Below are positions 1 to 6,829 of a stretch of 32,338 nt of DNA, in pieces (the first letter of the stretch is position 1; each line of letters starts with the position of its first letter). Source of the DNA: an uncultured Eubacteriales bacterium (lineage in GTDB: Bacteria > Bacillota > Clostridia > Oscillospirales > Oscillospiraceae); the NCBI GenBank assembly GCA_963655625.1, contig CAVKFX010000003.1, forward strand, positions 1 through 32,338, written 5' to 3'. The position numbers and the translations under genes are program-made. The notes under the pieces were generated by a model that made no database searches, was not told the origin of the DNA, and saw nothing but the letters and a program-made list of their open reading frames with translations.

Positions 1-66
1 TTTGCACATGGAAACAGAATGCAGACGGCGATTCGGTGTTCTGGGGAGATTACTCACCGAACTATG

Positions 67-442
67 AATATTCACAGCATCGATCCCGCATCGGAATTTT
101 ACATCACCATCTACGGCTCAATAGCCCAAAGCGAATCAGAGAACATTAGCGCCAATGTCAAATGGGGCAAAGCACAAAGTGCCAAGCAAGGCAATGTGCC
201 GTTCCAATGCAAGCACTTCCTCGGCTACACCAAAAACGCAGACGGCGAAATTGAGATTGTTCCCGATGAAGCCGAGATTATCCGTGAGATATATGAGCGA
301 TATCTATCCGGCGAAAGCCTGTACGGAATCAAATGCTATCTCGAAGCAAAAGAAATACCAACACCTGCCGGATGCAGTGTATGGCGGCAGGAAACCATTC
401 GATCCATCCTCTCAAACGAGAAGTACAAAGGCGACGCCATCA
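67..442 (+). pseudogene. Internal fragment of a large serine recombinase (resolvase C-terminal helix plus recombinase domain); truncated at the 3' end and probably at the 5' end
   Basis: Frame of ORF 19..591 reads SEFYITIYGSIAQSESENISANVKWG...FLGY...IVPDEAEIIREIYERYLSGES...W...TIRSILSNEKYKGDAI, the typical recombinase-family pattern. Similarity stops at about 442, where the frame runs into unrelated sequence. No catalytic N-terminal Ser domain is recognisable upstream. Confidence 0.85.
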
Positions 443-595
443 TATGTGCTGGAATTCCTGATCTACAAGAAGGCATTCGGCGGCGGAAACTACAATATCG
501 CCCAGGCGGTCAGCGTCACGGTGCTGCTGTTTGCCGTAATCATCATTATCTTCCGCCAGATACTGGCCGCGAAAGGAGATGGGACGGATGAATAA
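443..595 (+). pseudogene. 3' remnant (about 50 aa) of a carbohydrate ABC transporter permease (MalF/UgpA type)
   Basis: Frame of ORF 155..595 from 443 reads YVLEFLIYKKAFGGGNYNIAQAVSVTVLLFAVIIIIFRQ, the typical last loop and TM helix of CUT1 permeases. It overlaps the start of the next permease. No 5' part is present. Confidence 0.8.
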
Positions 596-1418
596 GAAAT
601 CGATAGCGCGCAATTCACTGGCGCAGATCATTATGATCTTTACATCCGTGATGATCATTTTCCCGCTGTATTTTATGACCATCAACTCCTTTAAGACCCG
701 GGAGCAGTATCTGGTCGACCCTGTGGGGCTGCCAAACCCGTTTACACTGCAGAACTATGTGGACGCCTTTGCGGGAAAGGATTTCCTATTATGGTTTGCC
801 AACAGCCTGATCCTTTCCCTGGGGGCTGTTGCGCTGACGATGATCATCGGCCTATTTGCCGGATACGCCTTTGCCAAGATGAGATTCAAGGGACGCGATG
901 CGCTGTTCAGCCTGATCATCCCGCTGATGTCCGTGCCGCCGGTGGCGATGCTTATTCCGCTGTTTCGCACAGTGGTCAAGCTGGGCATGGTCAACACGCT
1001 GGGGTCTGTTATTTTCATCTACTGCGGGCTGTGCCTGCCGATGACCGTGTATATGATCCGCAATTTTCTTCTGTCGGTGCCGGATGCCATCCTGGAGGCG
1101 GCGCGTATTGACGGCTGCAGCCGCTTCCGGTCGCTGTTCAGCATCGTACTGCCCCTTTCCGTGCCGGCGATCATTACCTCGGGGCTTGTGAACCTGGTTT
1201 GGGCATGGAATGAGCTGATGGTGGCGCTGGTGTTTCTCCAAAAGGAGAATCTGCGCACACTCATCGTGGGCACGACGATATTCAAGAGCCGCTACAGCCT
1301 GAATGTTCCCGTGATTATGGCGGGATTAGTGGTAGTGACGCTGCCGATGATCATCGTATATATTTTCGGGCAGAAGAAGCTGGTGCAGGGACTCATGTCC
1401 GGCGCCGTCAAGGAGTGA
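588..1418 (+). CDS. Carbohydrate ABC transporter permease (MalG/UgpE type)
   Basis: Multiple hydrophobic segments, EAA loop ILEAARIDGCS, FANSL and WNE motifs. AAAGGAG SD precedes ATG 588. Confidence 0.93.
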   Translation: MNKKSIARNSLAQIIMIFTSVMIIFPLYFMTINSFKTREQYLVDPVGLPNPFTLQNYVDAFAGKDFLLWFANSLILSLGAVALTMIIGLFAGYAFAKMRFKGRDALFSLIIPLMSVPPVAMLIPLFRTVVKLGMVNTLGSVIFIYCGLCLPMTVYMIRNFLLSVPDAILEAARIDGCSRFRSLFSIVLPLSVPAIITSGLVNLVWAWNELMVALVFLQKENLRTLIVGTTIFKSRYSLNVPVIMAGLVVVTLPMIIVYIFGQKKLVQGLMSGAVKE

Positions 1419-1452
1419 CCGGCGGGAGACATATGCCGGGAGAGGAGTTATC

Positions 1453-2673
1453 ATGCACAAAGAAGAATTGAAGCAGCTTTCGGAGTATTATCTCCGCCAT
1501 ATACTGGACGATGTCATGCCGTTTTGAGATGCACGCTGCGTGGACGAGGAGTGCGGCGGCTTTTTCACCTGCTTTGACCGGCAGGGCAAGCTGACGGATG
1601 ACAACAAATACATTTGGTTCCAGGGGCGGCAGACCTATACATATGCGCTGCTGTACAACCACATCGAAAAGCGACAGGATTGGCTCGACAAGGCACGTCA
1701 CGGCTTCCGCTTCCTGGCGGACAAGGCTTATGCGGGCGGTGGACGCTGGAATTATAAGCTGGACCGGCAAGGCCATGTGCTGGTGGGGACGACGTCCGTG
1801 TTTGCGGATATGCATGTGCTGCAGGCCCTGGGGGAATACAACACGGCCCTGGGCGGACAGGACGCCGAGGCAATGGCGATTATGCGTGCTACATATGATA
1901 CCCTGGAGCGGAATTTTGCCGACAGATATTTCAAGGATATCTATGAGAATACCTGGCAGGAAAACCACATCTGGCACGATATGTATATGACGGCGCTGAG
2001 CGCGATCATGACATGCATCCCGGTGCTGGGGGAGGAGTATACGCGGCCCTTTATTGACGAGTGCCTGGATAAGATATGCAACTGGTTTGCAAGGGACGAC
2101 TACCGGGCCATATTTGAGACCGTGTCGTGGGATAACCAGCTCTTCCTGGAGGAGCCGGCAGACCGATTCACAAACCCCGGCCACTCCTCTGAGGCGGTAT
2201 GGTTCATTCTGGAGTATGCGCGCAGCAGCGGCCGGGAGAACCTGCTGCATCGCGCGGTGGAATTTGAGGATTGGGTGTATGAACGAGGGTATGACAAGGT
2301 GTACGGCGGCCTGAATTCCTACCTGGATGTGAACGGAACGGAGCCTGTGGCCGTGGATTGGTTTTTGGCCACAAACTCCCTCTGGGATGACAAGGTGTGG
2401 TGGGCAAATGCGGAGCAGCTGTGCGCCCTGGCTATGACCTATGAGGCGGGGAAAAACGAGCTGTATTGGGAGCGATTCCTGCGCCACCATCAGTATTGCC
2501 GCAGCAATTTCTTTGACCCGGAATATGGCGAGTGGTTCGAGCGGCTGAACGCAGACGGATCGGTCAAGGTGGACGCCAAGGGAACCGAGTGGAAATGCGC
2601 GTTTCATCTTGTGCGGGCGCTGGTATACACTTTGGAGGCCCTACGGCGCATGGAGACTGCACAGAACAATTGA
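1453..2673 (+). pseudogene. AGE-family epimerase (N-acylglucosamine 2-epimerase-like) with an in-frame TGA at 1525-1527
   Basis: GAGGAG SD then ATG 1453 reads MHKEELKQLSEYYLRHILDDVMPF*DARCVDEECGGFFTCFDR, in frame with ORF 1540..2673. Family motifs WFQGRQ, NPGH, KVWW..E, GEWF and K..FH are present. The stop replaces the W of the conserved PFW. Confidence 0.85.
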
Positions 2674-2733
2674 ACCCCCTGCCCAAGAAATCCGAGAAAA
2701 TGAAAATATGCCTGCGAGGCAGACGATCCATAG

Positions 2734-2773
2734 TAAAGCCGCAGCGGACCATGTGTGGTCTGCTGCGGCTTTA
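2734..2773. terminator. Probable bidirectional intrinsic terminator between convergent genes
   Basis: TAAAGCCGCAGCGGACCA-tgtg-TGGTCTGCTGCGGCTTTA, an 18-bp inverted repeat with one G-U pair. Confidence 0.8.
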
Positions 2774-2803
2774 AATAATTAATTGGGTGGGGGATTTTTA
2801 CAT

Positions 2804-3676
2804 TCAGGCGGGGAGATTGACCAACATCAGCAGGGTGCCGGCGACGATGAGTACAAGGCCCAGGGTGGCCTTTTTGGTCAGGCGCTCATGAAACACCAGG
2901 GCCGAAAAGCCGATGGACACCAGGATGCTCAGCTTATCAATGGGCACCACCACACTGGCGAGCCCATCCTGCAGAGCCTTATAGTAGCACAGCCAGGAGC
3001 CGCCGGTGGCCAGGCCCGACAGGCAGATGAAGACCAGCTCCTTTTTCGGAACGGAGCGCAGGGTGTGCTGCTTCCCCTTGACGAACACGATCAGCCACGC
3101 CATGACCAGCACCACGCCGGTGCGGATGGCGGTGCCCAGATTGGACTCCACGCCGTCGATGCCGATCTTGCCGAGGATAGACGTCAGGGACGCGAAAACT
3201 GCAGAGAGTACTGCGTATATGAGCCAGCTTTTTTTCTCGCGCTTCTCACCGGAAACGGCTTTTTTCTCGATCATCAGGAAGGTGCCCACGCCGATAAGGA
3301 CAATGGCCAGGCCCTTGAGCCAGGAGACCGGCTCGCCCAGGAAGATCAGCGCCAGCAGAATGGTCAGAATCGTGCTGGATTTATCGATGGGAACGACTTT
3401 ATTGACATCGCCCTGCTGCAGGGCCCGGAAATAGCACAGCCAGGAGGCGCCGGTGGCCAGGCCCGAGAGGATCAGGAAGATCCACGTTTTGGCACTGAGA
3501 GACGTGATGGTCGGCCCAGAGCCCACGATCCACACCATCAGCCACGAAAAGAGCAGCACCACAATGGTGCGGATGGCCGTGGCGGCGTCCGAGTCCGTTT
3601 TCCGGATGCCACACTTGGCGAGGACCGCCGTCAGACCGGCAAACAGCGCAGAACCGAATGCAAAGATAACCCACAT
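2804..3676 (-). CDS. EamA/DMT family transporter (two EamA repeats)
   Basis: Two internally repeated halves (SALFAGLTAVLAK..ATAIRT..SGLATGASWLCY..VVPIDKSS and SAVFASLTSILGK..GTAIRT..SGLATGGSWLCY..VVPIDKLS), about 10 TM segments. GAAAGG SD precedes ATG 3676. Confidence 0.92.
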   Translation of the reverse strand: MWVIFAFGSALFAGLTAVLAKCGIRKTDSDAATAIRTIVVLLFSWLMVWIVGSGPTITSLSAKTWIFLILSGLATGASWLCYFRALQQGDVNKVVPIDKSSTILTILLALIFLGEPVSWLKGLAIVLIGVGTFLMIEKKAVSGEKREKKSWLIYAVLSAVFASLTSILGKIGIDGVESNLGTAIRTGVVLVMAWLIVFVKGKQHTLRSVPKKELVFICLSGLATGGSWLCYYKALQDGLASVVVPIDKLSILVSIGFSALVFHERLTKKATLGLVLIVAGTLLMLVNLPA

Positions 3677-3748
3677 AACAGACACCTTTCTTTCCCGTCT
3701 GAAATACACGCAGAGGCCGCGCAATACCGGCGCGGGACCTACCTCCCT

Positions 3749-3777
3749 ATTTTAGCGCCAAATGCCGGATCCGTCTA
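3749..3777 (-). promoter_or_regulatory. Sigma-A-type promoter for the EamA gene
   Basis: Minus strand TAGACG-17 bp-TAAAAT. Confidence 0.55.
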
Positions 3778-3822
3778 CCCGCAAAAGAAGTTTTTGGCGG
3801 CGGGCCGAAGGAGGATCCGAGG

Positions 3823-3851
3823 TTGAAGGGGGAGAGAATCTGTGGTAAAAT
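3823..3851 (+). promoter_or_regulatory. Sigma-A-type promoter for the HD-domain gene
   Basis: TTGAAG-17 bp-TAAAAT with extended -10 TG. Confidence 0.6.
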
Positions 3852-3881
3852 CGAGAAAATGAAGCGCGTGGAGGGACAGAC

Positions 3882-4442
3882 ATGGAGGCGAGAAAACTAT
3901 TGGAGACGATGGCTGTGGCGGAGCGGCTGAAGGACACCACCCGGCACTGCTACACCCGGAAGGGGCGGCATGAGAGTGTGGCGGAGCACTGCTGGATGAT
4001 GACGCTGATGGCCTATTTCGTGCGGGACGAGTTTCCGGAGGCGGACATGGACAAGGTGATCCGCATGTGCCTGATACACGACCTGGGAGAGGCATTCACC
4101 GGGGATATTCCGTCCTTTGACAAGACGGCGGAGAACGAGGAGAACGAGGAGAGACTCCTGCGGGACTGGGTGAACACGCTGCCGGAATTTTACCGGGAGG
4201 AAATGACGGCTCTGTATGGCGAGATGGAAAAGCGGGAGACCCTGGAGGCGAAAATCTACAAGGCCATAGATAACCTGGAGGCAGTGATCCAGCACAACAT
4301 CTCGGACTTGGCTACATGGATCCCCAGGGAGTACGAGCTGAATAAGACCTACGGCGACGACAAGGTGGCCTTCTCCGAATATCTCAAGGGCCTGCGGGCG
4401 GAGATCCGCAGGGACACGGAGAAAAAGCTGGGGGAGCGGTGA
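3882..4442 (+). CDS. HD-domain hydrolase (YfbR/HDDC2-like, putative 5'-deoxynucleotidase)
   Basis: RLKDTTR, ESVAEH, MCLIHDLGEAFTGDIP and KAIDNLEA motifs. GGAGGG SD. Confidence 0.88.
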   Translation: MEARKLLETMAVAERLKDTTRHCYTRKGRHESVAEHCWMMTLMAYFVRDEFPEADMDKVIRMCLIHDLGEAFTGDIPSFDKTAENEENEERLLRDWVNTLPEFYREEMTALYGEMEKRETLEAKIYKAIDNLEAVIQHNISDLATWIPREYELNKTYGDDKVAFSEYLKGLRAEIRRDTEKKLGER

Positions 4443-4456
4443 CGGGTGATAAAAGG

Positions 4457-4487
4457 AAACGCGCTTACGAACGTAAGCGCGTTTTTT
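4457..4487. terminator. Bidirectional intrinsic terminator between the HD gene and tRNA-Ser
   Basis: AAACGCGCTTACG-aa-CGTAAGCGCGTTT followed by a T-run and preceded by an A-rich tract. Confidence 0.8.
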
Positions 4488-4578
4488 GGCGCAGTGGGAG
4501 GGATTCGAACCCTCGTGCCGCTTTTGACGACAACACGATTTCCAGTCGTGCTCGTTATGACCTCTTCGATACCACTGC
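4487..4578 (-). tRNA. tRNA-Ser (anticodon GGA), CCA encoded
   Basis: Minus strand: acceptor stem GCAGTGG/CCACTGC, discriminator G plus CCA, anticodon arm CACGA-CTGGAAA-TCGTG, long variable arm, T-arm GAGGG-TTCGAAT-CCCTC. Confidence 0.96.
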
Positions 4579-4610
4579 ATATTCTGTTTTTGCTGCGAAC
4601 AGCAACATTT

Positions 4611-4638
4611 ATTATACCAAAATTTTGACGCTTGTCAA
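4611..4638 (-). promoter_or_regulatory. Consensus sigma-A promoter of tRNA-Ser
   Basis: Minus strand TTGACA-16 bp-TATAAT with extended TG. Confidence 0.8.
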
Positions 4639-4710
4639 CACATATTTCTCAAAATCAGGAAGAATTTATGAGCAGGATGTTTTGAAAAACACCCTGCCCA
4701 TAAATTTTCT

Positions 4711-4887
4711 TTAATCCAACTTTTTCGCCACGGTCACCATCACCGTGTCCAGAGCGTTACCCATCCGCTGCATGGCCTGGCCCACAGCGGTTTTCCGGCA
4801 CTTGGGACGGGGACAGACGATCATCTCTGCGGTGACGCCTACCATAATTCCGGCGGCCATGCCCCAGAGAAACGGACTTTTACACAT
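4711..4887 (-). CDS. Small (58 aa) protein with one N-terminal hydrophobic segment, function unknown
   Basis: Strong AAAGGAG SD ahead of ATG 4887. Sequence MCKSPFLWGMAAGIMVGVTAEMIV followed by a basic, helical tail. Confidence 0.65.
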   Translation of the reverse strand: MCKSPFLWGMAAGIMVGVTAEMIVCPRPKCRKTAVGQAMQRMGNALDTVMVTVAKKLD

Positions 4888-4954
4888 TTGCACTTCACTC
4901 CTTTGTCCACGGGGATAGTATCTCCCGTTTGCCGGGAAAAAACCGCCGGAGCAG

Positions 4955-4983
4955 TTGCCAAATTTCGCCGCATGGCGTATAAT
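4955..4983 (+). promoter_or_regulatory. Sigma-A promoter of the pyrF-like / phosphatase-GNAT / ygiQ operon
   Basis: TTGCCA-17 bp-TATAAT. Confidence 0.75.
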
Positions 4984-5022
4984 ATCCACAAAAAAACCGG
5001 ACAGAGAAAAGGAGCGTTTTTT

Positions 5023-5790
5023 ATGTCTGCTGAACGCCTGCAGGAGGCCATCCGCCGCGCTAAGACGCCGGTGGCCCTAATGCTGGATCCCCGGGAGGAC
5101 CGGCTGGAGAAAAAATATCTGAAGAATTTTATAGATCTGTACGGGGACTGCCCCATGGCCCACGCCGAGGCCCTGCGCTACCACGGCAGCCAGGCCATCT
5201 CGCAGGCGGCGGGGAAGCTGCCGGCGGTGATGCTGCGGGCGGAGCCGTATCTCCGGCAGGGCTTCATGGGGATGGATGTGCTTTCAAACCTGGTGAACAT
5301 GGCCAAAAATCAGGGGCTATACACCATTGTGGACGCCCGGTGCGCCGGGACGGAGCCGTGGCTCCGGGGCGGCGTCAACGCCGACGCCGTGACCATCCTG
5401 CCCTATGGCGGGGTGGAGAGCTGCCGGGCAGCGGAGGACAAGCTGGTCATCGCCGTGCTGCGCACCAGGGAGGCCGGGGTGGCCTCCGTGCAGAATCTTA
5501 TGGCCGGGGACCGGCAGGTGTTTCAGGCGGCCGGAGAGCAGATGGCCCGCTTCGGCGCTGCCTGCATGGTGGAAACGGGCTTTAGCCTGGACATCAAGGA
5601 CCTGCGCAGGCGGCTGAAGGATGCCTTTCTGATCCTGGCCTGCTGCGACGGAGACAACGCCTATCCCGCCTTTGACGAATATGGCCGCGGCGCCCTGGTG
5701 GCGGACGGAGAGCTGCAGTATGCAGAGGACCTGTCTGCGGCCATAGACGCGGCGGTGGCCAACATGAAGAAAATCATTCAAGTACTGTAA
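5023..5790 (+). CDS. Orotidine-5'-phosphate decarboxylase (PyrF subfamily 2)-like protein lacking the catalytic residues
   Basis: Collinear with PyrF-2 motifs (RL..AI, LDP, PAV, AK..GLY.I.D, ADAVT..PY.G, V.RT, QNL, LR, AFDE.GRGA.V), but AVK is AVM and DxKxxD is DARCAG. AAAGGAG SD precedes ATG 5023. Confidence 0.75.
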   Translation: MSAERLQEAIRRAKTPVALMLDPREDRLEKKYLKNFIDLYGDCPMAHAEALRYHGSQAISQAAGKLPAVMLRAEPYLRQGFMGMDVLSNLVNMAKNQGLYTIVDARCAGTEPWLRGGVNADAVTILPYGGVESCRAAEDKLVIAVLRTREAGVASVQNLMAGDRQVFQAAGEQMARFGAACMVETGFSLDIKDLRRRLKDAFLILACCDGDNAYPAFDEYGRGALVADGELQYAEDLSAAIDAAVANMKKIIQVL

Positions 5791-5800
5791 GGAGAACGCC

Positions 5801-6829
5801 ATGACCCGCATTTATTTAGTCAGACACGCCGAGGCGGAGGGGAATCTCTACCGCATTGCCCACGGCCATTATAACGGACTCATTACCGCCCGGGGGTATA
5901 AGCAGATCGCGGCCCTGCAGCAGCGGTTTGAGCACATACCCATCGACGCCGTATACAGCAGCGACCTGTTCCGCACCCGCACCACGGCCAGGGCCGTATA
6001 TGTGCCCAAGGGACTGACGCTGCACACCGACCCGAACCTGCGGGAGGTGAACATGGGCGTGTGGGAAGGCCACACCTGGCAGCAGCTGCGCATGGAGGAC
6101 GAGGAGCGCATTGTGGACTTTAACCGGCACTTAGACCGCTGGCAGGTGCCCGGCGGCGAGACGGCTCAGCAGGTGCTGGATCGGTTTATCCCGGCGCTGA
6201 CGAAGATCGCCCGGGAAAACGACGGCAAAACCGTGGCGGTATTCAGCCATGGGGCGGCGCTGCGGATGGTGCTGGGTACTTTGGAGGGCAGACCCCTCAG
6301 CGAGCTGGGCAGCACGCCTCATGGGGACAACACGGCTATCTCTTTGGTGGAGTATGACGAGGATGGCTTTACCGTGCTGTACCGGGATGACAACCACCAT
6401 TTGATCGATGCGAACCTGTCCACCTTTGCCAAGCAGAAATGGTGGAAGGATGAGCGGATGCTGGAGAGCGATATGTATTATCTGCCCATGACCGGTACCC
6501 AGCGGAAGGAGCTGGGCATCGGCCCGGAGGGAGAGGCCATTGCCGTGCTGCACGGGGATGAGCTGGCCGGCGGCGTGCAGCTGCTGCCCCAGACGGAGCC
6601 CGGGGTGGGCCGGATCGGCTGGTATGGCCTGCTGCCCACCTGGCGGGGCCTGAACCGGGGCATCGGGCCCCTGGGGCAGGCGGTGCAGTATTACCGGGAA
6701 AAGGGCGCACAGCATATCCGCCTGCGCTGCAAGGACGCAGAGACGGAGAGCTTCTTCCGCCATTACGGATTTGAGAAAACTCCCCGGGGTGACATGGATC
6801 TCTACATAGGATACGGAGATAAGGCATGA
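5801..6829 (+). CDS. Histidine phosphatase (PGM-like) fused to a C-terminal GNAT-like domain
   Basis: LVRHAE, YSSDLFRT, LREVNMGVWEG, PGGE and FSHG motifs. C-terminal LLPTWRGLNRG and FFRHYGF resemble GNAT motifs A and B. AAGGAG SD. Confidence 0.88.
   Translation: MTRIYLVRHAEAEGNLYRIAHGHYNGLITARGYKQIAALQQRFEHIPIDAVYSSDLFRTRTTARAVYVPKGLTLHTDPNLREVNMGVWEGHTWQQLRMEDEERIVDFNRHLDRWQVPGGETAQQVLDRFIPALTKIARENDGKTVAVFSHGAALRMVLGTLEGRPLSELGSTPHGDNTAISLVEYDEDGFTVLYRDDNHHLIDANLSTFAKQKWWKDERMLESDMYYLPMTGTQRKELGIGPEGEAIAVLHGDELAGGVQLLPQTEPGVGRIGWYGLLPTWRGLNRGIGPLGQAVQYYREKGAQHIRLRCKDAETESFFRHYGFEKTPRGDMDLYIGYGDKA

Noticed and set aside
19..591. ORF 19..591 (190 aa) and ORF 155..595 as intact genes
   Set aside because: Each is only partly real. 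The first is recombinase up to about 442 then out-of-frame permease DNA; the second is meaningful only from 443.
1525..1527. TGA as recoded Trp (code 4) or selenocysteine
   Set aside because: TGA terminates many genes in this window and TGG is used for Trp throughout. The aligned residue is Trp, not Cys, and I see no SECIS-like hairpin I can support.
2784..2797. GTGGGGGATT as a relic att copy of the tRNA-Ser 3' end
   Set aside because: Too short and gapped relative to GTGGGAGGGATTCGAA to be distinguished from chance.
3736..3742. GTAGGTC in the EamA leader as a guanidine-IV riboswitch loop
   Set aside because: The upstream ACCG-loop hairpin and terminator stem of that class are not present, and the motif sits at the predicted start site.
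2783..3826. 347-aa plus-strand ORF
   Set aside because: Antisense shadow of the EamA gene; no SD and no family motifs.
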